Shown here in pieces: positions 45,430 through 54,762 of a DNA stretch of 64,000 nucleotides (position 1 is the stretch's first letter; every line of letters starts with the position of its first letter). The stretch comes from a virus: positions 32,001 through 96,000 of the IMG/VR virus record IMGVR_UViG_3300032087_006376; one strand, 5' to 3'. Under the pieces are notes generated by a model, which was not told where the DNA came from, ran no database searches, and saw nothing but the letters and a program-made list of their open reading frames with translations. The translations under genes and the position numbers were made by a program.

Positions 45430-47060
45430 TGAATGTGTTAGAGCGGAGTTCTCCATTATTAATTCCCACATATAGGTTTAATTGTTTTGATCAGTATTTA
45501 GATTCTTTAAGCAAATCCGACAGGTATGATATTAAAAAATCTCTATCGGATAATTCTTATTTAAAATATGAAGAATCTTTTTATTCATATGAAGATTGCA
45601 AAAAATTCATGGATATTTGGTCGCAATCTAATCAATCTAGCTGGGGCGACTGGTACTCACAAAAAGAATTAGATACTTTACACAGCAAAGGAGTTTTAAA
45701 ATGTTTTGTATGTGAGGATATAGCTTATCATTTTGTTTTAAATTGGGGTAATTATGTTTATTGTAACGCTCCACTATATAACAAAAATTTGTATTTGCAA
45801 AATCAAATCGCAAAATATATGTGGTCTAACTTAATAAAAAACTACATAGAAAATAGCGACGTACATTATATTGATTTAATGGGGCCTGAAAATTTTATTA
45901 CTTACGGACAAGTAATTCAAAATAAAGCTAAAATTAGCGATAAAGGCGACTTTGGTTATAAATGGAGGTTTATACCTAAAGAGATAAAAAATGGAACTGA
46001 TAAAGTATTGTCAGATTTAAAAATAGTATCAGATCAAACTTTTAATTGGAAAGGTATTGAGTTGCCTTCTAAACCAAGCAAACTACTAATTGTGGCTCAT
46101 CCAGATGACGAAGCCATCTTTTTTGGTGGATGGTTATTAAATAATGCAGCGCATACTAAAGTTGTGTGCTTAACTTGTTCTAAAGATCCAGTGAGGTTTA
46201 AAGAATTGCAAGATAGTTTAAAATGTGCTGGAGTAAATTATTTTGAATGTTTAAACCAAGAAGCCACCCAAGATTTTTTTGAAAATAAAGATTATATTTT
46301 AGAAAATTTAACCCGGATAAAAAGCGAAACTGATTGGACGGAAATTATCACTCATAACATATATGGAGAGTACGGTCACTTACAACACATACAAACTCAC
46401 GAACTAGTTAAAACCGTATTTAACAATGATAAAATTTTTGTTTACTACAATTTTAAAGACAAAACAATAAATATTAATAAATACAGTTTACTAGAAAAGC
46501 ATAAAAGTCAACAACAATTTGGAATAAACGAAATAAAAGATAGTGAATGCACCGGTTCTGATTGGTACAAACACACAGTCAATAAAAATATGATAGATCA
46601 TGAATCTATTATCGCACTATCAAAATTTAAAAATACATTAAAGATAAATTTAATTTGGACTCAAAGCGAAAACCATGTTTTATTTGATATTATCAAAGGA
46701 GTCCATCGTCAACTACGCAATAGAGGTCACGAAGTTGTTATCGCTAAATCTTTTCCTTTTAATAAAGCAGATGTCAATATTACATTTTGCAGAGAAGATT
46801 CTTTACAATGCTTAGAAAATAACGCACAATACTTTTTTGTTATAAATGATGAAATGATGGTTGTCAAAAACAATTACAATGAGTATAATAATTTGATAGA
46901 TAAATCTATTCGTAGTTTTGTAAAAACTCGAAAAATCCGAGACGAACTTGGGGATAGATTAAATTTAGTTTGGGTGCCTGTATTAAGAGAGTGGAGCGTG
47001 TTCATCAGAAAGTTTGAGTCGCATATATATATGGGTTTAGTGTCGCAAAATAAAATATGA
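45429..47060 (+). CDS. Fusion of GNAT/FemAB-like domain, PIG-L (LmbE) deacetylase and a C-terminal domain
   Basis: N-terminal FDQYLDSLSKSDRYDIKK...YIDLMG...YKWRF; central LIVAHPDDEAIF, IITHN.YGEYGHLQH. Confidence 0.65.
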   Translation: MNVLERSSPLLIPTYRFNCFDQYLDSLSKSDRYDIKKSLSDNSYLKYEESFYSYEDCKKFMDIWSQSNQSSWGDWYSQKELDTLHSKGVLKCFVCEDIAYHFVLNWGNYVYCNAPLYNKNLYLQNQIAKYMWSNLIKNYIENSDVHYIDLMGPENFITYGQVIQNKAKISDKGDFGYKWRFIPKEIKNGTDKVLSDLKIVSDQTFNWKGIELPSKPSKLLIVAHPDDEAIFFGGWLLNNAAHTKVVCLTCSKDPVRFKELQDSLKCAGVNYFECLNQEATQDFFENKDYILENLTRIKSETDWTEIITHNIYGEYGHLQHIQTHELVKTVFNNDKIFVYYNFKDKTININKYSLLEKHKSQQQFGINEIKDSECTGSDWYKHTVNKNMIDHESIIALSKFKNTLKINLIWTQSENHVLFDIIKGVHRQLRNRGHEVVIAKSFPFNKADVNITFCREDSLQCLENNAQYFFVINDEMMVVKNNYNEYNNLIDKSIRSFVKTRKIRDELGDRLNLVWVPVLREWSVFIRKFESHIYMGLVSQNKI

Positions 47061-47287
47061 AAAAAGCAAAGATAAATTTTTCAGCAGAACTATCAGTATG
47101 TGTTTCACATTTAAATTTTGAATTAAAACGTCCTGATTTAGATTATCCAGATCATATTGGAGGAGACTACTATTTTAGTCTACCGACAAAAGAAAGAAAA
47201 AAATATAGATTGACAAATCCAGCATATTTGTTAAAACATTCAGACTATAACAGAATCACTAATTTAAAACTTGATGAGCAAGTATAA
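47057..47287 (+). CDS. Hypothetical protein
   Basis: ORF coupled to neighbours. Confidence 0.45.
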   Translation: MKKAKINFSAELSVCVSHLNFELKRPDLDYPDHIGGDYYFSLPTKERKKYRLTNPAYLLKHSDYNRITNLKLDEQV

Positions 47288-48188
47288 AGAAGCTGGCGTT
47301 GATGTCGCCAAAACAGATAATTTAGTCAAAGAAATCTCTGGGCTAGTTGACAACATAGGGGGATTCGGAGGTCTATTTGATCTAGGAGATAGCTACCTTG
47401 TTGGTGCTACAGATGGTGTAGGAACTAAGATTCTTTTAGCTCAAGAGTATAATATGCTCGAAGGTATAGGAATTGATTGCGTTGCTATGTGTGTTAATGA
47501 TATTATATGTACCGGCGCTAGACCATTATTCTTTTTAGATTATTTCGCTTCATCTAATGTGGACGAAAAACAATATCTCACAATTATTAATTCAATCAAA
47601 AGAGGATGCGACGAAGCTGGTATTCCACTAATAGGCGGAGAAACAGCTGAGTTGCCCTCCTTGCTTCCAGATAAGCATTTTGATATTGCAGGGTTTTGTA
47701 TTGGAATCGTTAAGAAGAAAGATTTAATCGATGGCAGTAAAATAAAAAAAGGTGATGTTGTTTTAGCTTTTCCAAGTAATGGTTTTCATAGTAATGGTTA
47801 TTCTTTAGTAAGAAAAATCTTCAATAAAGACAAACATGAAAAATATATTGATAAAATACTAAAGCCTACAGAAATTTACGTTAAAGAAATAATTAATTTA
47901 ATTGATAGTGGAGTCAATATCAAAGGTATTGCTCACATAACCGGAGGAGGTTTATCTAATTTAAATAGAATTTTACCGGAAGGCTTATCAGTCAATTGGA
48001 AAGGCGAAATTAATAAACCATTTATACTTGATATGTTTCAAAAAGATGGTAACATAAGTGATGAAGAAATGGCTAGGGTTTTTAACGGTGGCATCGGTAT
48101 GTGTTTGGTGGTGGAGCCGAAAGAAGTAAATAAAGTTTTTTCTGGAAAAATAGCTAGACCCTTGATCGCTGTAGGTAATATAGTATGA
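47271..48188 (+). CDS. purM: Phosphoribosylaminoimidazole (AIR) synthetase
   Basis: YKEAGVD, TDGVGTK, DCVAMCVND, GGETAELP, SNGFHSNGYSL, AHITGGG, FNGGIGM. Confidence 0.96.
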   Translation: MMSKYKEAGVDVAKTDNLVKEISGLVDNIGGFGGLFDLGDSYLVGATDGVGTKILLAQEYNMLEGIGIDCVAMCVNDIICTGARPLFFLDYFASSNVDEKQYLTIINSIKRGCDEAGIPLIGGETAELPSLLPDKHFDIAGFCIGIVKKKDLIDGSKIKKGDVVLAFPSNGFHSNGYSLVRKIFNKDKHEKYIDKILKPTEIYVKEIINLIDSGVNIKGIAHITGGGLSNLNRILPEGLSVNWKGEINKPFILDMFQKDGNISDEEMARVFNGGIGMCLVVEPKEVNKVFSGKIARPLIAVGNIV

Positions 48189-48465
48189 AAGATATAATAA
48201 AACAAGTTTTAGATGAATACAGTGAGAATCATAGGCAAATAAATCTTGACAGCGAAGCTGCAAGGGTTATATTATCAGAACAAATAGCAGAAAGAATAGA
48301 GTTATGGCAAAATCAAAAGGATCTAGCAAACACCAAGAAAAACGCGGATTAAATAAAAAAATCAGCAACATGAAGGGAAGACATTCTAAAAACAATTCTT
48401 CTCGAAATAAGCAGAGTAAAAATTATAAAAAACCTTATAACAGACAAGGTAGATAATTAATTTAT

Positions 48466-48552
48466 GCCAGTGTGGTGAAATTGGCAAACACAACAGACTT
48501 AAAATCTGTCGCCCGTTCGGGCTTGTCGGTTCGAGTCCGACCACTGGTACCA
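48466..48552 (+). tRNA. tRNA-Leu(UAA)
   Basis: GCCAGTG/CACTGGT, ACAGA-cttaaaa-TCTGT, long variable arm, CCA. Confidence 0.95.
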
Positions 48553-48561
48553 CTTCTTTTC

Positions 48562-48654
48562 GCCCCTATAGCTTAATGGTAAAGCGTCCGTCTTATACAC
48601 GGTTGAACTCTAGATGTGAGTATGTTGTAGGTTCGAGTCCTACTAGGGGTACCA
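48562..48654 (+). tRNA. Atypical 93-nt tRNA with UAU anticodon (nominal Ile) and a long variable arm
   Basis: GCCCCTA/TAGGGGT, D arm GCTT/AAGC, CCGT-cttatac-ACGG, 23-nt variable region with ACTC/GAGT stem, GTAGG-ttcgagt-CCTAC, ACCA. Confidence 0.8.
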
Positions 48655-48673
48655 ATTTATAAATATAATTTAT

Positions 48674-49048
48674 ATGAGCGAAGAGTTTAAAAATAAATTA
48701 GAAAAATATCATTATATACGCAAATTAGAAAAAGCAGAGCGTACAATGAAAGATATTGTTGCTAAATGTGACACTGAAATACAAAGGATAAAAAGATACA
48801 AACCTCTTCCTATTACTTCGCGTTATAGAAAAAAACACGATATCGATTATCACCCTCCTACTTGTGGATTTGTTCACCGCTTTTCACTCGATCCAGATTT
48901 CCTTGGCTCTCACGAAGAATGGCATCAAGCTTTCGAAAGATTCGAAAAAAAGAAAGTAAACATATATGGTAAAAAAGTAGATCGTAGCAAGGTTTTCGCA
49001 GATAAACAAGAAATTAAAAATTTTAAATATGGAAAAAAGTCTCGATAG
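48674..49048 (+). CDS. Hypothetical protein, KKVNIYGKKVDR family member 1
   Basis: EEWHQAFERFEKKKVNIYGKKVDRSK. Confidence 0.6.
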   Translation: MSEEFKNKLEKYHYIRKLEKAERTMKDIVAKCDTEIQRIKRYKPLPITSRYRKKHDIDYHPPTCGFVHRFSLDPDFLGSHEEWHQAFERFEKKKVNIYGKKVDRSKVFADKQEIKNFKYGKKSR

Positions 49049-49391
49049 TAAAGAACAATCCGCAATGGGCAGACCTATACTTTATGATATTGAAGGTATA
49101 TTAGGTAGAGCGGATTTTGAAATAGCTAGATTAAAAAAGATTGAACAAGCAAAAGATAAATCTTTATTTAGATACGAAGAATATAATAGTAGAGTAAGAG
49201 AAGAAACCTCTGGATACGAAGATAATTATTGGCTAAGTCCAGAAATAACAGGAACTATGGATGAATGGATAAAAGCTTATAAAAGATTTTGCAATAAAAA
49301 AGTAAACATCTATGGAAAAAAGGTTGACAGAACAAGATTATTAAACGATAAATTCGCAACAAATAAATTTAGTAAAAAATGGCAGGACTAG
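49029..49391 (+). CDS. Hypothetical protein, KKVNIYGKKVDR family member 2
   Basis: DEWIKAYKRFCNKKVNIYGKKVDRTR. Confidence 0.6.
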   Translation: MEKSLDSKEQSAMGRPILYDIEGILGRADFEIARLKKIEQAKDKSLFRYEEYNSRVREETSGYEDNYWLSPEITGTMDEWIKAYKRFCNKKVNIYGKKVDRTRLLNDKFATNKFSKKWQD

Positions 49392-49846
49392 AAAATTTAA
49401 ATAAAACATGGTTCGTGGATATCGACGGCACGTTATTAAACCATAAAACTAACGAAGAGTTAGATGAAATTATACAAAATAATAATATGGAAAGTCATTT
49501 GCACGAAACTCCTATTATTGATGCAATTAGTTTCATTAACAATCTTCCTAAAAAAGATAGAGTTATCTTAACTACTGCTAGAGAAAACCGTCATCTAGCT
49601 CATACAATTAGAGCTTTACATTATTTTAATATCAGATACAATAAAATTGTAGATGAACTTGGTGCTGGCCCTCGTATTGTTGTCAATGACATCAAACCTG
49701 CTGGAACCGCTGGAAACGAAGAAAATTTAGACACTGCTTATGCCATCAATGTAAATAGAGATCAAGGTAACATTAGAGAAAAAAATACTGAGATCGAACA
49801 AAAAATTCGATCCCAGTGTGAAGGTCAAGTAGAAATAATTTTTTAA
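49379..49846 (+). CDS. HAD-superfamily phosphatase (PNK 3'-phosphatase-like)
   Basis: WFVDIDGTL, ILTTAR, RIVVND.KP. Confidence 0.8.
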   Translation: MAGLENLNKTWFVDIDGTLLNHKTNEELDEIIQNNNMESHLHETPIIDAISFINNLPKKDRVILTTARENRHLAHTIRALHYFNIRYNKIVDELGAGPRIVVNDIKPAGTAGNEENLDTAYAINVNRDQGNIREKNTEIEQKIRSQCEGQVEIIF

Positions 49847-50196
49847 GCTGGCGGATTTGGGTTAACTGTCGGATTAAATCCCGTCATAGTTACTGGGTGA
49901 TCAATGCGACCTGAAACTTGGTTTTTTAAATTTGCCCACCAATCATTTGCAGTTGCGTAATCATTACAGTAATTACTAATATTTGAATCTAATGTCGTTT
50001 TATCTATATAAGGCATAAAACCAGTTGTTCCATCAACATAATTAGCAACATTAACTTCGTTTTCGTGGCTATCCACACCACTAAAAGTGCATGTTAAACC
50101 AACAACTAATTTTTCTACGCCCGTTTCAGCAGAATCGCACCAAAAAGGTTCAATTCTTGAAAATTGGTATGTGTATTCTCCAGAAATATGTGACAT
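49843..50196 (-). CDS. Hypothetical, possible tail-associated protein
   Basis: Isolated - strand ORF with its own GTGTAA motif at 50222-50227. Confidence 0.45.
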   Translation of the reverse strand: MSHISGEYTYQFSRIEPFWCDSAETGVEKLVVGLTCTFSGVDSHENEVNVANYVDGTTGFMPYIDKTTLDSNISNYCNDYATANDWWANLKNQVSGRIDHPVTMTGFNPTVNPNPPA

Positions 50197-50283
50197 AATA
50201 TTTAAAAGTACTTTGTTTATATTACACGTATTTTAACATTTTTCTAGACAGAGAACAAAAATTAATGTAATATAATATGAAAA

Positions 50284-50358
50284 GCCAGTTTAGCTCAGTG
50301 GTAGAGCAGCAGTTTTGTAAACTGCTGGTCGTCGGTTCAAGTCCGACAACTGGCTCCA
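50284..50358 (+). tRNA. tRNA-Thr(UGU)
   Basis: GCCAGTT/AACTGGC, GCAGT-tttgtaa-ACTGC, CCA. Confidence 0.95.
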
Positions 50359-50373
50359 AATTTTAAAAAATAA

Positions 50374-50976
50374 ATGAAAAAGTTAATTTTATCACTTTTA
50401 TTGTCGATTAGCTCTTTGAATGCTGATCATTTAAATTATCCTAGAAATATTATGTTCGATGACCCGAATGTAATTGTTTTTGTGAATGGCTTCAGGGTAC
50501 ACAGGATGATCAACCCAGAAAATCTTGATGAGCCAAGTACTCATCGATTAGTCTTGTACTCTCCTGAATATCAGTGGGACGGCTTCAAAGTAAACGATAT
50601 TCCTCGTTTTGTTTCTATACATGTTAAACATTCTAAATCTGACATGCAGCATACAGTTTTTAAAAGATTAATTGAATCTGTTCCTGATTCTCATGGAGGT
50701 TTTTTAAAATTAAACTGTTTACTTGAAACAACAAGAAAAAACCCACATTTAACTAAACTCATTTTTAGATGGACTTTAGAAAACGCTAAACAATTTGGCG
50801 TTGTAGTTGGTCATGAGGTTATGAATGCTAATCCAGAAGAATATATGTCTTATAGACGTATCGTGGACGATGTAGCCCCAGAAATGGCTAATACCTTTGA
50901 ATTAGGTTATGTTTGGCTTAATCCTAGATTGGTTGGCCCCGGCGTACCCCTCATTGAAAGATTCGCTACAGAATAA
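50374..50976 (+). CDS. Secreted hypothetical protein
   Basis: Signal peptide MKKLILSLLLSISSLNA. Confidence 0.55.
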   Translation: MKKLILSLLLSISSLNADHLNYPRNIMFDDPNVIVFVNGFRVHRMINPENLDEPSTHRLVLYSPEYQWDGFKVNDIPRFVSIHVKHSKSDMQHTVFKRLIESVPDSHGGFLKLNCLLETTRKNPHLTKLIFRWTLENAKQFGVVVGHEVMNANPEEYMSYRRIVDDVAPEMANTFELGYVWLNPRLVGPGVPLIERFATE

Positions 50977-50981
50977 AAATT

Positions 50982-51369
50982 ATGAGGCTAGATGTTTTAG
51001 AAGTTATAGAAAATAAAGATGGTACTTTATCATTTGAAGTAGATTATGATAGAGAATTTAAAAAAGAATTTGAGCGTAAATACAAAAAGCGCTTGACAAA
51101 AAAGTCTTTAACAGAGTATATTAATAAAGCTGTTGAAGCAAGTTATAAAGAAAGTAAAGATAATGAAAAATAGTACAGTATTATTATGGTGGTTCCTCTA
51201 TATGGTAGTAGGAACTTTAGCGGCAATGGGCGGCGGATTCGTTTTCGGACTTGTAGCTGGAATGTTATCATTACCTGAACTCCCAATGATGGTAATTTTA
51301 TTCCCAGTTTTATTCTATATCAATTTTATTGTTTATAGATGGTCAGTTAAGAAAATTGTAGAATCATAA
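50982..51369 (+). CDS. Two small ORFs (50982-51173 and the membrane protein ending 51369)
   Basis: Track ORFs; the second is two TM helices. Confidence 0.4.
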
Positions 51370-51535
51370 CATGAATAATTCAGATGTAAAGTATGATATT
51401 TGCGTCTGTTGTGGCACAGAATCGCAAGAACCAGAAGATCAACATGTAGATTATCGAAATTATTATGTTGATGGTACTGGACAACTCTGCGAAAAGTGCT
51501 ATATTGAAGTATATGGCAATTACAGCCACTAATTT

Positions 51536-51609
51536 AAAAGACTAAATATATAATTCACTAACTCAACACACTCGATGTGTTTCACCAGTTTATTATAGTT
51601 TAGTCTTTT
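51536..51609 (+). ncRNA. Solo dual-loop stem-loop unit directly upstream of tRNA(CAU); variable segments CTAAC / CCAGT
   Basis: AAAAGACTAAA..TATAAT-TCA-ctaac-TC-AACACA-ctcga-TGTGTT-TCA-ccagt-TT-ATTATA..TTTAGTCTTTT. Confidence 0.8.
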
Positions 51610-51612
51610 TTA

Positions 51613-51689
51613 GGGCCTTTAGCTCAGTTGGTTAGAGCATCCGACTCATAATCGGCAGGTCGCAGGTTCGAGCCCTGCAAGGCCCACCA
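51613..51689 (+). tRNA. tRNA with CAU anticodon, most likely tRNA-Ile2 (lysidine type)
   Basis: GGGCCTT/AAGGCCC, CCGA-ctcataa-TCGG. The body resembles bacterial Ile2 rather than initiator or elongator Met. Confidence 0.85.
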
Positions 51690-52066
51690 ATTTAACTTGA
51701 AAGATATACAATTTTACTATTTTTGTTGCGCCGTACGTAGAATTGTGGCATATTTACTAATAATTCACTAAAATAAAATATTATGTTTAAAAGAATAGAT
51801 TATTTCTTTATTATTGCAGCTTATCTATCATTCATGATGAGCGTCGCCCTTTGGTTCCTCAAAGATAAATCAGCAGGAATGTATGTTGGTTTATGGGTTC
51901 CTAGTATTTTGACCCTTTGGGTTGGCATCAAGCAAATCGTTTATAACAGAAAGAAATAACATGTTGTTTTCATTGTTTATGTTTGGCGTCGTCATGATGG
52001 GAATCGTCGCTTTAGGCATAATTGAAGCGGGTGGATTTGATGACGATTAATTTGTATGACAATATT

Positions 52067-52450
52067 ATGATTAAAGGTATTATAGTTGATTCAAAAATTA
52101 AAACGATCACGCAAGTCAATATCGAAGAGATTCTGGCAGGTGATTGGGAAAGAAGTTGGAAAGTAACAATTGGCAATATTATAGAATCAAAGAAGATCGC
52201 AAAAGTCATCGTTGATGATCAGAATGCAATCTATTTAGATTCAGCATTACTTTCTGATCCAGACAAACTTATTGAGCGGAGTGCAGAAGTTTGGTCTTGG
52301 TTGGGTCAGGATAGGTCATTTGTTGGCAAAGGGCTTCTTCTAGGGCATTCACAAGATAGTGATGTCCCGACCAGTACTTCCTTCGTTCCTAGTCGAGTAG
52401 GAGAGTATGCTTCTCTAGCAGAAACTGAAATTGTAGAACTAGACTCTTAA
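52067..52450 (+). CDS. Hypothetical protein (DUF3846-like)
   Basis: FVGKGLLLG motif; ATG at 52067 preferred. Confidence 0.4.
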   Translation: MIKGIIVDSKIKTITQVNIEEILAGDWERSWKVTIGNIIESKKIAKVIVDDQNAIYLDSALLSDPDKLIERSAEVWSWLGQDRSFVGKGLLLGHSQDSDVPTSTSFVPSRVGEYASLAETEIVELDS

Positions 52451-52476
52451 TAGCATGTAATTGATACATATTTAAC

Positions 52477-53195
52477 ATGAAAAAGAATATTTACTTAGCC
52501 TTTTTATTCTTAAGTTTATCAACAGCGTGTTCCCAAAAGTTTAATATTCATGATCCGCTGCCAACTTATTGGCAAGTGAAATACAATGAAAAAAACTACA
52601 ACGATGTTAATAAACAATTACAGGATAAACTAAACCAAATAGATGAACAAGTGCAAAAATTAAAACAAAAAGATTGGAGCACTAATGTTCATGGTATTTA
52701 TGCTAACATTCAAACAGTTCGCAATAAAAAAATAGTTCCGATTCAAACTTTCGAAGTAGACGATTTATAATATGGCTCACCTAATTAAATTAACTGATTA
52801 CCAAACTGGAGAAGAAGTTCTTTATAATTTAGATACCGTTGTCTCAATAGAGCGTGTAAAAGATTCTACAGTGATTACAACACGTTGGGGCAGAAATCAA
52901 GTAAAAGAAACGCTTGATTATATTTATAAAGCCTCTGTTTCTAGCAATGTCTAATGTAGATATATTTTCTGACGGCAAAATTCAATTTGATAAACCAAAA
53001 GCCGATCCTAAACCTGATGGGGTTTATATCGGCAAAAAGCATAAATATCTGAGTTACGGTCAAACTGGATACGCTCTTTGGGACGGCAAGTGGCAGCTTC
53101 AGTTTTACCCTGATGGTGAACCACGAAATGTATGCTTCAAAATAGCGAAGAAAGATTTCTGGTGGACGGACAAAAAAGAGTATTGCGACCGGTGA
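52477..53195 (+). CDS. Three small hypothetical ORFs (52477-52770 lipoprotein-like, 52772-52954, 52947-53195)
   Basis: Tightly packed + strand ORFs; LSTAC lipobox in the first. Confidence 0.45.
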
Positions 53196-53221
53196 AGTTT
53201 GTGTTATGTTGATTAACGAGT

Positions 53222-53647
53222 ATGACACAGCTAGACTTGTTTCCAGAACATGTATCTTTGGAGCCTAACTGTGACACCAAAGTCTGCAAGAAGTGCGACG
53301 AGACTTTGCCAATCTCAGCCTACAGCTTTAGTGGGGGAGGCAAATACCGTAGGACAGAGTGCAAAAGATGCAACAATCGTCTCAGCAAAGAAAGGCATGA
53401 GATCAAGCTTGAGTATGGAAATGCTCCAGAAGATCACAAGTGCCCGATTTGCAAAAGAAGCGCAGAAGAGTGTCAAGGTGAAGGCAACAGGAGGAACGGA
53501 GCTTGGGTCGTTGATCACGACCACAAGACAAACCAATTCAGAGATTGGCTTTGCCATTCTTGCAACAGGAACATAGGCTCATTCAAAGATGACCCAGAAT
53601 TGCTGGAGAGAGCTATAGAGTATCTTCGAAAGCATAAGCCAGTTTGA
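53222..53647 (+). CDS. Recombination endonuclease VII-like HNH protein
   Basis: CKKC, CKRC, CPIC, WVVDHDHKT..FRDWLCHSCNRNIG.FKDD..LL.RAIEYL. Confidence 0.88.
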   Translation: MTQLDLFPEHVSLEPNCDTKVCKKCDETLPISAYSFSGGGKYRRTECKRCNNRLSKERHEIKLEYGNAPEDHKCPICKRSAEECQGEGNRRNGAWVVDHDHKTNQFRDWLCHSCNRNIGSFKDDPELLERAIEYLRKHKPV

Positions 53648-53650
53648 CCA

Positions 53651-54075
53651 ATGTGTTTTAATCCATACATAGACGATACAAACTTAATAAAAAATATGAA
53701 ACTAGTAAAACAAGTAAATTTTAAATTAGTAGATAAAGAGGGCAATGAATTTTACGTCAAAACTACGGAAGAAGATAAATTTATTGAATATTGCTTTTGT
53801 ACGGATCCAGATGAGGATCCCGTTTTCGTTTTTACTAAAGAAGATTTGAAACAGCTAGTAGAAAATCTATCATAAAATATATGGACTTGTTAAGCTCTAT
53901 TACTTGCGTAGGCGCAGCTATTATTTTAGGCGTCGCACTTTTAACTGTTCGAGATCAACAGCAAAAAATGTACGAGCTTGAGCAAAGGATTTTTTATATT
54001 GAAGATCTTTTAATTGATCGTTTGTATGGACCTGAATTCTATGAAAATAGACAGGTCAACTTTAATAATTACTAA
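53651..54075 (+). CDS. Two small hypothetical ORFs (ending 53875 and 53881-54075)
   Basis: Track ORFs in the operon. Confidence 0.4.
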
Positions 54076-54076
54076 C

Positions 54077-54742
54077 ATGAAAAAAGATATTTTTTCTGTA
54101 GATTTTTGGGAATTTGATTTGCCTGATCACCCAAAAATACAAAAACATTTATTAGACTATATAGTTTCCGACGAAGGAACAAGACAAAAACTAGAAGAAT
54201 CAACACAAACAAACATTTCTCAAGAAACATATGGTGGACAAGAATATTTAATCGGAGATTTTTTCTTTCAAACAATTAATGATAAAGTATATGAAGTAGA
54301 AACAGCACCACTTAAAAATTTTTTAGTAGAAAGAATTTTAAATCTTTTAAAAAATGTAGAAAAAGAACACGATTGGTGCGAAGGACATTGGGGCGATTTG
54401 CGATATTGGTTGAATATAAATAGGAAAAACGTTTTCAATCCGCCACATTTACATCCAGAGTCTCATTATTCTGGAGTATATTATGTTAAAGTTCCAGAAA
54501 ATTGCCCTGCAATCCATTTTTTAGATCCTAGACCTGCTCATATATATTCTTTACCTGATATAAATATAACTACCGGAAATGCTTTTTCAAACAATAATAA
54601 GTATGACAGCAGTATTTATACTTATCAACCAGTTGAAGGTAAAGTTGTTGTATTTCCATCTTATTTAATGCATTATGTTGATCCTAACCCAGAAGAAAAC
54701 ATTAGAATCTCTTTAGCTTTTAATGTAAAATATATAAACTAA
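54077..54742 (+). CDS. 2OG-Fe(II) oxygenase (TIGR02466-like)
   Basis: WLNIN, FNPPHLHP..HYSGVYYV, FLDPRP, VVFPSYLMHYV, RISLAFN. Confidence 0.88.
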   Translation: MKKDIFSVDFWEFDLPDHPKIQKHLLDYIVSDEGTRQKLEESTQTNISQETYGGQEYLIGDFFFQTINDKVYEVETAPLKNFLVERILNLLKNVEKEHDWCEGHWGDLRYWLNINRKNVFNPPHLHPESHYSGVYYVKVPENCPAIHFLDPRPAHIYSLPDINITTGNAFSNNNKYDSSIYTYQPVEGKVVVFPSYLMHYVDPNPEENIRISLAFNVKYIN

Positions 54743-54762
54743 AGCTATTAAAAAAGATTAAC

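Noticed and set aside
48604-48626. Intron in the UAU tRNA
   Set aside because: The extra sequence is in the variable-arm position, not the anticodon loop. It is too short for a group I intron and shows no bulge-helix-bulge.
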